Source: an uncultured Solirubrobacterales bacterium (GTDB lineage Bacteria; Actinomycetota; Thermoleophilia; Solirubrobacterales; 70-9). From it: DNA of 64,000 nucleotides. Positions 44,924 through 55,141 of this stretch are shown one piece after another. Position numbers and translations under genes: made by a program. The stretch covers positions 536,317-600,316 of the forward strand of contig CAVUAT010000011.1 in assembly GCA_963739545.1 (NCBI GenBank), in the 5' to 3' direction. A model generated the notes under the pieces. The model ran no database searches and was not told where the DNA came from. It saw only the letters and a list, made by a program, of their open reading frames with translations. Numbering within the stretch: position 1 is the first letter of the stretch; every line of letters begins with the position of its first letter.

Positions 44924-45925
44924 TCAGCTTCGCCGCTGCGACGTCACCGGTTGCGGCGGCTCGGGGTATGCGAGCCCGCCGCGCTCCGCGCGGGCGCGCG
45001 CCTCGCCGGCGAACAGGCGGGCGCCCTTCCACATTCCCGCCCTCGCTCCGGCGTACCAGGCGACCTGGCGCAGGAGGCCGAACCAGGCGTCCTCGAGGTA
45101 GGAGCGCCGGTAGGGGGTGACCGGGTCGCGGGAGAACCGCAACGCGAGCACGCCGCGTACCCCCTCCGCCGAGTCGCGGACGTCGATCAGGCGAGGCGGC
45201 GGGCTCGGCCGGCCGTCGAGCGCGTGGTATTTGGCGGCTACCAGGCCGGCGCCGTATGCCCAGCCGAGCTGCTGGCGCAAAAAGCCGCGCTGCGTCGGGC
45301 GGTGGCGATGGCGCACGACCGCCTGGGCGCTGTAGGCGAGGCCGTAGTCGCTGCGCTCGCTGAAGCGCAGGCCGAGCTCGACGTCCTGGGCGCGCGGCAT
45401 GCGCGGGTCGAAGGGGCCGATCTCGTCGAACACGCTGGCGCGGTAGGCGGCGTTGGCGGTGATCGCGTAGGGCGGGTTCGAGTTGACGGCGTATGCCTGC
45501 CAGGCGCCGAGCATGCGCGTCGCCTGGCGCACCGCGACCGAGTCGCCTGGGGCGTGGGCGAGCTCGCCGGCGACGCAGCCGACCTCGGGGTCCGAGAAGG
45601 GGGCGATCAGCTCGCTAAGCCAGTTCGGGTCGGCCAGGCAGTCGCCGTCGACGAAGGCGAACACCTCTCCCCTGCCCTCGGCGATGCCGCGGTTGCGCGC
45701 GTTGGAGACGCCCGGGCGCGGCTCGTGCAGGTAGATGACCGGGCGGCTGCGGATGACCTCGGCGGTGGCATCGGTGGAGCCGTTGTCGACGACGAGGATC
45801 TCGCGGCGATCGGCGGGGAAGTCGCCGGCGAGGATGGAGTCGAGCGTGTCGCCGATCATCTCGGCGCCGTTTCGAACGGGCACGACGACGGTCGTGTAAG
45901 GAAGATCGGTGGATGCCCCGCTCAT
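44924..45925 (-). CDS. GT2-family glycosyltransferase
   Basis: The internal start MSGASTDLPYTTVVVPVRNGAEMI lies within ORF 44924..46594. Has VVDNGSTD and FVDGDC motifs. Confidence 0.8.
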   Translation of the reverse strand: MSGASTDLPYTTVVVPVRNGAEMIGDTLDSILAGDFPADRREILVVDNGSTDATAEVIRSRPVIYLHEPRPGVSNARNRGIAEGRGEVFAFVDGDCLADPNWLSELIAPFSDPEVGCVAGELAHAPGDSVAVRQATRMLGAWQAYAVNSNPPYAITANAAYRASVFDEIGPFDPRMPRAQDVELGLRFSERSDYGLAYSAQAVVRHRHRPTQRGFLRQQLGWAYGAGLVAAKYHALDGRPSPPPRLIDVRDSAEGVRGVLALRFSRDPVTPYRRSYLEDAWFGLLRQVAWYAGARAGMWKGARLFAGEARARAERGGLAYPEPPQPVTSQRRS

Positions 45926-45935
45926 GGGGCTGACG

Positions 45936-46482
45936 TTAGCGGGGGGCGGCCGGCTCGCCGTCGAGCAGCTCCTGCGCTCGCTGCTCGGTTCGCTTCTGCT
46001 CGCCGGCTGCGTGGGTGCTCGCCAGGAGCTCCTCGATCGTGACCTCGGCGTGGTCTTGGGCGTCGGCCTCGGCGAGGCGGCGGCGGGTCGCCTGGACGGC
46101 GCGGACCTCGTCGACGAGCGGGCGGTCACCGACCCACCCGGTCGCGGGCTCGGCGCCGGGCTCGCGGGAGCGCGACGCCGTCGCGGATCAGGGCGACCTC
46201 GAGATAACCCTTGAGGGTGCGCACCTCGCGCGCGCTGGCGCGGCGGGCGCGCTTCGCGCCCGTGAACGAGTCCCAGGCGCGGGCGAAGGTGCTGAAGTCG
46301 GTGCGGCCGCCGTTTCGGTGAGCCGCGAGCATCGGGCAGATCCCTCCGCGCTTGTCGCTGTATGCGCCGACGATCACGCGGTTGGCGCTGATGCCCTCGA
46401 GCATGCCGAGCTTGGTGCGCTCCGGGAGGGCGTCGACGGCGTATCGCAGGCGCCTGGCGTTCGTTCGTCTGCCGCGGGTCAT
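45936..46482 (-). pseudogene. Hypothetical protein with one frameshift near 46185
   Basis: ORF 46126..46482 (MTRGRRTNARRL...) continues with high GC3 in the +1 frame as ...EPGAEPATGWVGDRPLVDEVRAVQATRRRLAEADAQDHAEVTIEELL... It runs to a TAA at 45936-45938, 10 nt before the GT2 start. Confidence 0.45.
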
Positions 46483-46523
46483 TGCGCGACCAGGGATAGC
46501 GCGTTGCCCGTAGGGTCAGCGCA

Positions 46524-47765
46524 ATGACGCGCCCATCCAAGCTGCGGCTGGTCGTCGCGGCCTTCGGCGACCCCGGGCACGCCTTCCCCGCCATCGCGCT
46601 GGCGCGCGAGCTGCACGCCCGTGGGCACGAGGTCGTGGTCGAGACGTGGGAGCATTGGCGCGAGCCGGTCGAGGCGGAGGGCCTGACGTTTCGCGGGGCT
46701 CAGGAGTACACGGTTTTTCCTCCACCCGGGCCCGACACGCCCGACGGCAAGACCGCCGCCGACGCAGCGCTGGCGCTCGCCGCGCTGATGGACGAGTGGG
46801 AGCCCGACCTGGTGGTCAGCGACATTCTCACGCTCGCGCCGACCCTCGCGGCCGAGGTGGCGGGGGTCCCACACGCCACGCTGGTCCCCCACGTCTATCC
46901 GGTGCAGGAGTCCGGGCAGCCGATGTACTCGCTCGGCTTTCGGCCCTCCCGCACCCCGCTGGGACGCGCCGGGTGGAAGGCGACGATGCCGATCCTCGAG
47001 ACCGGGCTGCGCCGCGGGCGCGAGGAGATGAACGACACGCGGGCGCGGCTGGGGCTGGCGCCGCTGGACCGCTTCCACGGCGGGATCAGCGAGCTGCTCG
47101 CGCTCGTCGCCACCTTCCCCCAGCTCGAGTATCCGCGGCCCTGGCCCGAGCACGTGAAGGTCACCGGGCCGCTCTTCTTCGAGGTCCCGGCCGACGAGAT
47201 CGAGATCCCGCCCGGCGACGAGCCCCTGGTGGTCGTCGCCCCCAGCACGTCGCAGGACCCCGAGCGCGAGTTGGTGCGGGCGGCGCTCGAGGGGCTCGCG
47301 GACGAGCCGGTGCGGGTGGTGGCGACGTTCAACAACCACCGCCCGGACGACCCGATCGACGTTCCCGACAACGCCGTGCTGACCCCCTGGCTCTCCTACT
47401 CGCAGGTGATGTCGCAGGCCGACCTGGTGATCTGCCACGGCGGGCACGGGACGCTGGTTCGCTCCTTCTCGGAGGGAGTGCCGGTCCTCGCCTGTCCAAC
47501 GGTCGGCGACATGGGCGAGAACGGCGCGCGGGTGGGCTGGTCGGGCGCGGGCCTTGCCCTGCCGAAGCGGTTGCTCTCACCGCGCGGAGTGCGGCTCGCC
47601 TCCGCGCGAATCCTCAGCGACGACGGCTACCGCGCCAAGGCGGAGGAGATGCAGCGCTGGCACGCAGAGAACGACGGGGCGGCGAACGCCGCGGACGAGG
47701 TGGAGAAGGTCATCGCGTCGAAGGAGCTCCGGGGGTGGGACTCGAACCCACAACCTCTCGATTAA
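46524..47765 (+). CDS. GT1-family (MGT/UDP-glycosyltransferase-like) glycosyltransferase
   Basis: Has LRLVVAAFGDPGHAFPAIALARELHARGHEV and CHGGHGTLVRSFSEGVPVLACP motifs. The last roughly 13 codons run into tRNA-Asn on the opposite strand, so the true C-terminus is uncertain. Confidence 0.8.
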   Translation: MTRPSKLRLVVAAFGDPGHAFPAIALARELHARGHEVVVETWEHWREPVEAEGLTFRGAQEYTVFPPPGPDTPDGKTAADAALALAALMDEWEPDLVVSDILTLAPTLAAEVAGVPHATLVPHVYPVQESGQPMYSLGFRPSRTPLGRAGWKATMPILETGLRRGREEMNDTRARLGLAPLDRFHGGISELLALVATFPQLEYPRPWPEHVKVTGPLFFEVPADEIEIPPGDEPLVVVAPSTSQDPERELVRAALEGLADEPVRVVATFNNHRPDDPIDVPDNAVLTPWLSYSQVMSQADLVICHGGHGTLVRSFSEGVPVLACPTVGDMGENGARVGWSGAGLALPKRLLSPRGVRLASARILSDDGYRAKAEEMQRWHAENDGAANAADEVEKVIASKELRGWDSNPQPLD

Positions 47766-47800
47766 CAGTCGAGCGCATCTACCAATTGAGCTACCCCGGA
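47727..47800 (-). tRNA. tRNA-Asn (anticodon GTT) with one extra T in the D-stem
   Basis: The minus strand reads TCCGGGG TA GCTC AATTGGTA GA[T]GC G CTCGA CTGTTAA TCGAG AGGTT GTGGG TTCGAGT CCCAC CCCCGGA G. It is canonical if the bracketed T is removed. Confidence 0.8.
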
Positions 47801-47890
47801 TCGCCCCTGAGATTATCGGTCGCCGAATGCAGTTCCGCTGACTCGTGCCCCACATGGGGGGCATGATTCAGCGAGAGCGCGAAAAGCCGG

Positions 47891-49666
47891 CTAGGGGGCC
47901 GGTGAATCGGAGTGTGAGATGCGGGCCGTCAGCTTCGAGCCCTCCTGGCTGAGGCGCGAGACCTCTTCCATGTTGCCGGCCTCGCGCGCGGCCGAGATGT
48001 CGTCGTCGAGGCGCTGCTGTTCGAGCAGCATGAAGTTGAGCTCCATCGCAGCGGGCGAGTGCGGCTCGCGGGAGGCGCGCATCGTCAGCTCGGTGACGAG
48101 TGCGACGAGCGCCTCGTCGTGGCGCGGCAACCCCTCCAACGGCGCATCGAGGTGATCGCGCAGCCACTCGAGCGCGGGCGCGCCCGAAGCCGACATGTGC
48201 TCGGGGCGCAACCGCTCGATGAACCCCCGCCCCAGCTTCGGGTCCGAGATGCACATCGCCAGCAGCGCCCGCTCGCGCGCCTCGCGCGGCGTCAGCGGCG
48301 CGCTCGGCACCACCCTGCGCCGCTCGCCCTCATCTCCCGCGGAAGGCGGCGCCTCGATCAACTCCACCTGGTTCGCGGTCCGGACCCTCTCGCTGACCAT
48401 GCTCGGGTCGGTGTCGAGCCCGTCGGCGACCTCGCGCATCAGCTCGTCCCGGCCCACGGTCTGCCCCATCGCCTGCAGCAGCGGGGCCAACTCCGTCAAC
48501 GCGCGCTCCCGGCCGGCCGGCGTTCCCACGTCGGCCCGCCCCAGCACCGTCCGCACCCTGAAGCTCGGCAGGTCGATCGCCTCGTCGACGATCCCGCGGA
48601 AGCGGTCGATGTGCCCAGCGGCGAGCATGTCTGCGGGATCCTCGCCCTCGGGCATCGCCGCAACCTTCAAATCGAGCGTGCGGTCTGCCGCCACCCGCTG
48701 CGCGCGGATCATGGCGTTGGCGCCCGCCTTGTCGGCATCGAGCGCCAGCACCACCGACTCGGGCCCGAGCGCCGAGAGCGCCTGCAGCTGCTCCGGGGTG
48801 ATCGCGGTCCCCATGATCGCCACCGCCTCGTGCACCCCGGCCTGGTGCAGCGCCAGCACGTCGGTGTAGCCCTCGACGACGATGGCCCGCCGCGCCCTCG
48901 CGATCGCCTGACGCGCGCGCTCGATCCCATAGAGGTTCTCGCTCTTCTTGAAGATGCCCTCGGGCGAGTTCAGGTACTTCGGCTTCGAGTCGGCGCTCAT
49001 CGCCCGAGCTCCGAACCCCAGGACCCTCCCCCGCCCGTCGCGGATCGGGAACGTGATGCGCGAGCGGAAGCGGTCGTAGTGGCCGCCCTGGCGCCCCTTC
49101 TGGATCAACCCCGCGCCGACCAGCTCGGGGATCGAGAACCTGGCGCGCTGGCTCCCGACGAGAACGGAGTCCCACGCGCTCGGCGCCATCCCGACGCTGA
49201 ACTCGCGTAGCGTCTCCTCGCTCAGCCCGCGCCCGAGCAGGTACTCGCGCGCCTTCGCGGCCTTCGGCGACTCCCACAGGTAGCGGACGTAGAACTCCGC
49301 CGTGCGCGCGAGCAGCTCGTAGGAGCGCGCCCGCTTGCGCCGCGCCGCCTCTAGCCTCGGGTCCTCGCTCTCGCGCTCGAGCTCGATCCCGTAGCGCTCG
49401 GCCAGCGACTCGATCGCCTCGGGGAAGTCCAGCCCCTGCTTCTCCTGCACGAAGCTGAAGATGTCACCCCCGGCCTCGCACCCAAAGCAGTAGTAGACCT
49501 TCTGCACCGGGTCGACCGAGAACGACGGCGTCCGCTCGTCGTGGAAGGGGCAAAGGCCCTGGAACCGCGCACCGGCCCGGCGCAGGTCGGTGTAGGCCGA
49601 GACGACCTCGACGATGTCCGCCGCGTCCTTCACCCGATTCACCGTCTCGTCAGAGAACCTCGCCAT
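47891..49666 (-). CDS. dnaG: DNA primase
   Basis: Has the zinc finger GLCPFHDERTPSFSVDP...YYCFGCEAGGD and a TOPRIM region EGYTDVLALHQAG. Confidence 0.95.
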   Translation of the reverse strand: MARFSDETVNRVKDAADIVEVVSAYTDLRRAGARFQGLCPFHDERTPSFSVDPVQKVYYCFGCEAGGDIFSFVQEKQGLDFPEAIESLAERYGIELERESEDPRLEAARRKRARSYELLARTAEFYVRYLWESPKAAKAREYLLGRGLSEETLREFSVGMAPSAWDSVLVGSQRARFSIPELVGAGLIQKGRQGGHYDRFRSRITFPIRDGRGRVLGFGARAMSADSKPKYLNSPEGIFKKSENLYGIERARQAIARARRAIVVEGYTDVLALHQAGVHEAVAIMGTAITPEQLQALSALGPESVVLALDADKAGANAMIRAQRVAADRTLDLKVAAMPEGEDPADMLAAGHIDRFRGIVDEAIDLPSFRVRTVLGRADVGTPAGRERALTELAPLLQAMGQTVGRDELMREVADGLDTDPSMVSERVRTANQVELIEAPPSAGDEGERRRVVPSAPLTPREARERALLAMCISDPKLGRGFIERLRPEHMSASGAPALEWLRDHLDAPLEGLPRHDEALVALVTELTMRASREPHSPAAMELNFMLLEQQRLDDDISAAREAGNMEEVSRLSQEGSKLTARISHSDSPAP

Positions 49667-50683
49667 CTAGGGATTCTCCCCGCTCGGCGCCGCGCCCGAG
49701 AGCTCCGCGTACTGCGTGAGGCAGAAACGGTCGGTCATTCCGGCGAGATAGTCGGTCACGAGCTGAACCGCGTCGGCCTCGGGGTCACTCGCCGGCACCT
49801 CATCGATGTTCGCCAGGTAGTGCGTGAACAGGAACCCGAGCGCCTCCCGCGCCCGCTCCTGCTCGGAGCGCGCCTCGGCGCCGAGGTAGACCCGCTCGAA
49901 CATGAACTTCCGCAGCCGCAACATCGCCCCGCCGATCTCCTCGCTCTGTGCGATGTCGCCCTCAGCGCGCGAGCGCTCGACCATGTCGCGCACCAGCGTG
50001 TCGATCCGCTCGGCGCCGCTCGACCCCAGCAGCTCGATCTCGTCACTCGGCAGGTCCCCCTCAGAGAGGATTCCCGCCCGCACCGCATCGTCGATGTCGT
50101 GGTTGATGTAGGCGACGCGGTCGACGATCCGCACCACTCGCCCCTCGAGCGTCCCCGGCTTCTGGGAGCCGGTGTGTCGCAGGATCCCATCGCGCACCGG
50201 CACGGTCAGGTTCAGCCCCCGCCGATCGCTTTCGAGCACCTCGACGACCCGCAGCGAGTGCTCGTTGTGCTTGAAGTTCCGCCCGTGCTCGGCCAGTCGT
50301 TCGGCCAGCACCTCCTCGCCGATGTGGCCGAAGGGCGGATGGCCGAGGTCGTGCCCCAGGCCGATCGCCTCGGTCAGGTCCTCGTTCAGCCCGAGCGCCC
50401 GCGAGACGGTGCGCGAAATGAAGCAGGCCTCCAGCGTGTGGGTGAGCCGCGTGCGGTAGTGGTCGCCCTCGGGGGCGACGAACACCTGCGTCTTGTGCTT
50501 GAGCCGGCGAAAGGCCTTCGAGTGGACGATGCGGTCGCGGTCGCGCTGGAACGGCGTCCGGATCGGGCTGTCGGCCTCGGGGTGGTCGCGCACCGCCGGA
50601 TATGACGGCGTCCCGCGCTCCCACATGTAGCGCGACTCCCAGGAGCGCACGCGCTCCTCGAGCGTTTCGGTGCTGGTGCTCAC
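49667..50683 (-). CDS. dgt: dGTP triphosphohydrolase-like HD-domain protein
   Basis: The GTG start overlaps the ppdK stop (GTGA). Has FQRDRDRIVHSKAFRRLKHKTQVF...RTRLTHTLE...HDLGHPPFGH. Confidence 0.85.
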   Translation of the reverse strand: MSTSTETLEERVRSWESRYMWERGTPSYPAVRDHPEADSPIRTPFQRDRDRIVHSKAFRRLKHKTQVFVAPEGDHYRTRLTHTLEACFISRTVSRALGLNEDLTEAIGLGHDLGHPPFGHIGEEVLAERLAEHGRNFKHNEHSLRVVEVLESDRRGLNLTVPVRDGILRHTGSQKPGTLEGRVVRIVDRVAYINHDIDDAVRAGILSEGDLPSDEIELLGSSGAERIDTLVRDMVERSRAEGDIAQSEEIGGAMLRLRKFMFERVYLGAEARSEQERAREALGFLFTHYLANIDEVPASDPEADAVQLVTDYLAGMTDRFCLTQYAELSGAAPSGENP

Positions 50684-53382
50684 GATTCGATGGTGGCAGC
50701 CTCGTCGGCGACCGCCTCCTTGACCGGGTCGGTCACCGCCGCCTGAGCTGCAGCGACCCGCGCGATCGGCACCCGGTAGGGCGAGCAGCTGACGTAATCG
50801 AGCCCGGCGCGGTGGAAGAAGCCGACACTGTCGGGATCCCCGCCGTGCTCTCCGCAGACACCGACCTTGAGCCCGGGGTTCGCCTCGCGCCCGCGCTCGG
50901 TGCCGACCCGCACCAGCTCCCCAACCCCCGGCTCGTCGATCGTCTCGAACGGGCTGCGGTCGATGATCCCGTGCTCGATGTAGCGGTTCAGGAACTTCCC
51001 CTCGACGTCGTCGCGCGAGAGCCCGATGGCCGTCTGGGTGAGGTCGTTGGTCCCGAAGCTGAAGAAGTCGGCGTGCCGCGCGATGCGCCCCGCGACCAGG
51101 CACGCGCGCGGCAACTCGAGCATCGTCCCGATCGAATGCGAGACCTCGCGGCCGACCCCCTTCTGGGCCTCGGCCGCGGCCCCCTCGACCATCGAGCGCA
51201 CGCGCTCGAGCTCGGTCTCGTAGGCGATCAGCGGAAGCATGATCTCGACCTGCGGGTCGTCGCCGTGCTCGGCGGCCGCAGCCGCGGCCTCGATGATCGC
51301 CCGCACCTGCATCTCGTAAATGGGGGGATAGAGGATCGCCAATCGCACCCCGCGCGTCCCGAGCATCGGGTTCGCCTCCTGCAGGTCCCGCACCATCGCG
51401 AGCACGTCGGCGGGACCGTCCTCGAAGTGCGCCACGGGGAGGAACTCGTGCAGCGGCGGGTCGAGCAGCCTGATCGTCACCTCCAGCCCCGCCATCGCGC
51501 GGAAGATCCCCTCGAAGTCCGAGCGCTGAAGCTCGCGCAGGGCGGCGAGGCTGCCGCGGAAGCGCTCGTCGACCTCCTCGACGTTCGTCTCGCCCTCGTC
51601 GGGGCTCAGGTGCGCCCGGCGCCACTGCTCGGCGGCCAGGAACATGTCCTTGACCAGGCTGTCGCGGTCGGCCCCGAAGAACATGTGCTCGGTGCGGCAG
51701 AGCCCGATGCCCTCGGCGCCGAACGACCGCGCCTTGGCGGCGTCCTTGGGGTTGTCGGCGTTGGCGCGCACCTGAAGGCGCCGAAGCTCGTCGGCCCAGC
51801 CCAGCACGGTCTGGAACTCCTCCGAGATCTCGGGCTCGATCAGGGGGACGTCGTCGAGGGTGATCGCGCCGGTCGAGCCGTCGATAGCGATCAGATCGCC
51901 CGCAGCGAGGCTGCGGCCGTCGACGCTGACGGTCTTCGCCGCGAGGTCGACGACGAGCTCCGACGCGCCGCAGATGCAGGGGCGCCCCATTCCGCGAGCG
52001 ACCAGCGCGGCGTGCGAGGCCTTGCCGCCCTCGGATGTGAGGATCCCCCGCGCCGCCGCGAACCCGGCGACGTCCTCGGCCTCGGTGAATGGCCTGACCA
52101 GGATCACGTCCTCGCCAGCCTCCCCGCGCTCGACCGCCTCGCCGGCGGTCAGCACGATCGCGCCCTTCGCCGCTCCCGGCGAGGCGGCGATCCCGCGCGT
52201 CAGCACCTCGTACTCGCTGTCGGGATCGAAGGTCGGATGCAGGAGCGCGTCGAGCCTGTCGGCCTCGATGGTGGCCAGAGCGCCGCCCTTGTCGAGCAGG
52301 CCCTCGCCGACCGCGTCGACCGCGAAGCGCACGGCGGCCTGAGCGGGCCGTTTCGCGTCGCGGGTCTGCAGCAGGTAGAGGCGGCCCTCCTCGACGGTGA
52401 ACTCGGTGTCCTGCATGTCGAGGTTGTGGCGCTCGAGCGTCGTCAGCGCCTCGAGCAGCTCGCGGTGGGCGTCGGGCAGGACACGCGCCATCTCGGTGAG
52501 GCCCTGCGTGTTGCGCACGCCCGAGACGACGTCCTCGCCCTGGGCGTCGATCAAGAAGTCGCCCGAGGGCTCGGGCGCGCCGGTGATCTCGTCGCGGCTG
52601 AAGGCGACGCCCGATCCCGAGCTCTCGCCCTTGTTCCCGAAGACCATCTGCTGCACGTTGACCGCGGTGCCCCAGTCGTCCGGGATCGCGTTCAGCCGCC
52701 GGTACTCGATCGCCCGCTTGCCGTTCCAGGACTCGAACACTGCGCGGATCGCCGCATCAAGCTGTTCACGCGGATCGTCGGGGAACTCTTCGCCCGTCTC
52801 GTCGCGGTAGATCTCGCGGAAGCGCTCGATCAGACCGCGCAGCTCATCGGGGCCGAGCTCGGTGTCGAGCTTGACGCCATGCTCGCTCTTTGCCTCCGCG
52901 ATCGCCTTCTCGTAGCGCTCGCCGGGGATGCCGCGCACGACGTTTCCGAACATCTGGACGAGCCGGCGATGGGAATCGCGGGCGAAGCGCTCGTTGCCGG
53001 TGCGCTCGGCGAGGCCCTCGACCGATTCGTCGCCGAGGCCGAGGTTGAGGATCGTGTCGAGCATGCCGGGCATCGAGACGCGAGCCCCCGAGCGCACCGA
53101 GAGGAGCAGCGGGTCCTCCGCGTCGCCGAGCCGTTTGCCGGCGCCGGACTCGAGCGCCTCCAGGGCCGCATCGACCTGAGCGTCGAGCCCGGGCGGCATC
53201 TCCCCCCGCTGCATGAACTCGACACAGGCCTCGGTCGTGATCGTGAACCCCGGCGGCACGCGCTCGGGCCCGAGCACGCGCGTCATCTCGGCCAGGTTGG
53301 CCCCCTTGCCGCCGAGTAGGTCGCGCATCTCGCGCGAGCCCTCGGCGAACCCGTAGACGAACTGCGTCACCGTGGCGATCAT
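50680..53382 (-). CDS. ppdK: Pyruvate, phosphate dikinase
   Basis: Starts MIATVTQFVYGFAEGSREMRDLLGGKGANLAEM, with the phospho-His region GGKASHAALVARGMG and the PEP-utilizer C-terminus GICGEHGGDP. An alternative upstream start is at 53418. Confidence 0.95.
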   Translation of the reverse strand: MIATVTQFVYGFAEGSREMRDLLGGKGANLAEMTRVLGPERVPPGFTITTEACVEFMQRGEMPPGLDAQVDAALEALESGAGKRLGDAEDPLLLSVRSGARVSMPGMLDTILNLGLGDESVEGLAERTGNERFARDSHRRLVQMFGNVVRGIPGERYEKAIAEAKSEHGVKLDTELGPDELRGLIERFREIYRDETGEEFPDDPREQLDAAIRAVFESWNGKRAIEYRRLNAIPDDWGTAVNVQQMVFGNKGESSGSGVAFSRDEITGAPEPSGDFLIDAQGEDVVSGVRNTQGLTEMARVLPDAHRELLEALTTLERHNLDMQDTEFTVEEGRLYLLQTRDAKRPAQAAVRFAVDAVGEGLLDKGGALATIEADRLDALLHPTFDPDSEYEVLTRGIAASPGAAKGAIVLTAGEAVERGEAGEDVILVRPFTEAEDVAGFAAARGILTSEGGKASHAALVARGMGRPCICGASELVVDLAAKTVSVDGRSLAAGDLIAIDGSTGAITLDDVPLIEPEISEEFQTVLGWADELRRLQVRANADNPKDAAKARSFGAEGIGLCRTEHMFFGADRDSLVKDMFLAAEQWRRAHLSPDEGETNVEEVDERFRGSLAALRELQRSDFEGIFRAMAGLEVTIRLLDPPLHEFLPVAHFEDGPADVLAMVRDLQEANPMLGTRGVRLAILYPPIYEMQVRAIIEAAAAAAEHGDDPQVEIMLPLIAYETELERVRSMVEGAAAEAQKGVGREVSHSIGTMLELPRACLVAGRIARHADFFSFGTNDLTQTAIGLSRDDVEGKFLNRYIEHGIIDRSPFETIDEPGVGELVRVGTERGREANPGLKVGVCGEHGGDPDSVGFFHRAGLDYVSCSPYRVPIARVAAAQAAVTDPVKEAVADEAATIES

Positions 53383-53402
53383 AGGTGGATAGGGTCTCGC
53401 CG

Positions 53403-54164
53403 ATGGCCCAGACCGCACTGATCACGGGGGCCTCCTCGGGCATCGGCGAGGAGTTCGCCAAGGCCCTGTCCGCCCGGGGCTACGAGCTCGTACTCGTCGC
53501 TCGGCGGCGGGACCGCCTCGAGGCCCTGGCTCAGTCCCTGCCGGGCAGGGCGCAGATCGTCACCTGCGACCTGGCCTCCGAAGCCGCGAAGCTCCCCGGC
53601 GACGTGGCGGAGTTCGGGGTCGATGTCGACCTGCTCGTGAACAACGCCGGATTCGGCCTGCGCGGCCGGTTCTCCGAGCTGCCGGTGGAGCGCCAGGCCG
53701 AGATGGTGCGCGTCAACTGCGAGGCGGTGGTCGTGCTCACGGGCGCCTTCCTTCCCGCGATGATCGAGCGCGGCCGCGGCGGCGTCATCACCGTCGCGTC
53801 GACGGCCGGGATGCAGCCCCTCCCCTACGAGGCGACGTACGGCGCATCGAAGGCCTTCGCCCTGAATCTGACCGACGCGCTCCACGCCGAGCTGAAGGGA
53901 ACTGGGGTCAAGGCGCTGTCGGTCAACCCCGGCCCGGTGCCGACCGAATGGCAGCAGGTCGCCGGCTACGAGGAGGCCGGCGGCGAGATGATGCCGGGCG
54001 CGATCGAAGCCGACCAGGTCGTCCGCGAGGCGATGGCCGCCTACGACCGCGGCAAGCGGTCGATCGTCCCCGGCCGCTTCTTCCGCAACTTCATGCGCAT
54101 CAATAACGCAAGTCCCCGCGCCGTCCGCCTGGCGGTCGGCGAGCGCCTGTACCGCCCGAAGTAG
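53403..54164 (+). CDS. SDR-family oxidoreductase
   Basis: Starts MAQTALITGASSGIGEEFA, with NNAG and YGASKAF motifs. Confidence 0.85.
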   Translation: MAQTALITGASSGIGEEFAKALSARGYELVLVARRRDRLEALAQSLPGRAQIVTCDLASEAAKLPGDVAEFGVDVDLLVNNAGFGLRGRFSELPVERQAEMVRVNCEAVVVLTGAFLPAMIERGRGGVITVASTAGMQPLPYEATYGASKAFALNLTDALHAELKGTGVKALSVNPGPVPTEWQQVAGYEEAGGEMMPGAIEADQVVREAMAAYDRGKRSIVPGRFFRNFMRINNASPRAVRLAVGERLYRPK

Positions 54165-54220
54165 GCGAACCCCACAGAAACAGGCTGGGTAGGGGGCGAA
54201 CTGAGCGCTTCCGGGCGCTC

Positions 54221-55141
54221 ATGACGGCTATGGCCGTCACCAACGCCCGGGAGCGCTCGCTCCACGCCTGGAGGCTTGCGTCCGCTCAGCACGGCGTGGT
54301 GCACCGTGACCAGCTTCGGGGCTTGGGCTTCTCGGACCACGCGATCGCCCATCGCGTCACGAGAGGCCGATTGCGCCGCCTCTACCCAGCCGTTTTCACG
54401 ACTGGTCCTGCCGAGCTGAGTCTCCTCGGCCGCTGGATGGCGGCGACTCTCGCTTGTGGAGACGATGCCTTGCTCAGCCATTCGAGCGCAGCGGCCCTCT
54501 GGAGGCTAGGCAGGGAGTGGGCGACCGTCGAGGTCACGGTAACCGGCGATCGCCACCTGAGGCGCCGGGGAATCAGTGTTCACCGATCCGCGACTCATCT
54601 TCCGGAGGATGTCACCACCCACGACGGCATCCCCGTCACTTCCCCCATCCGCACCCTCATCGACCTTTCGACTCGCCTCTCGTCATCCAGCCTCGAGGCT
54701 GCGATCAACGCTGCGGACAAGCGCAATCTGGTCGATCCCGATGCTCTTCGCGCCGCCATCGAGAGGCGGTCGGGGCAGCGCGGCGTGCCCCACCTACGCC
54801 GAGTCTTGGACAAGAGGACGTTCGTGCTCACCGACTCTGAGCTCGAGCGCATGATGCTGCCATTGATCCGGCGAGCCGGGCTCCCCTTGCCGCAGACCGA
54901 GGTCACGGTGAACGGCTTCAGGGTGGACTTCCACTGGCCGGAGCTCGGCTTGGTCGTCGAGACCGACGGGCTTCGCTACCACCGCACGCAGGCCCAACAG
55001 GCCCGAGACAGGGTCAGGGACCACTCGTACGTCGAGGCGGGGCTCTTCCCGCTGCGGTTCACCTACGCGCAGGTGGCTCACGACCCGGAGGCGGTCGTGC
55101 GAACGCTCTCGGCCGCGGCCGAGCGGTTGAGCTCCGACTAG
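54221..55141 (+). CDS. DUF559 (Vsr-like endonuclease fold) protein with AbiEi-like N-terminal domain
   Basis: The N-terminus is GVVHRDQLRGLGFSDHAIAHRVTRGRLRRLYPAVF. The C-terminus is VDFHWPELGLVVETDGLRYHRTQAQQARDRVRD. Confidence 0.7.
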   Translation: MTAMAVTNARERSLHAWRLASAQHGVVHRDQLRGLGFSDHAIAHRVTRGRLRRLYPAVFTTGPAELSLLGRWMAATLACGDDALLSHSSAAALWRLGREWATVEVTVTGDRHLRRRGISVHRSATHLPEDVTTHDGIPVTSPIRTLIDLSTRLSSSSLEAAINAADKRNLVDPDALRAAIERRSGQRGVPHLRRVLDKRTFVLTDSELERMMLPLIRRAGLPLPQTEVTVNGFRVDFHWPELGLVVETDGLRYHRTQAQQARDRVRDHSYVEAGLFPLRFTYAQVAHDPEAVVRTLSAAAERLSSD

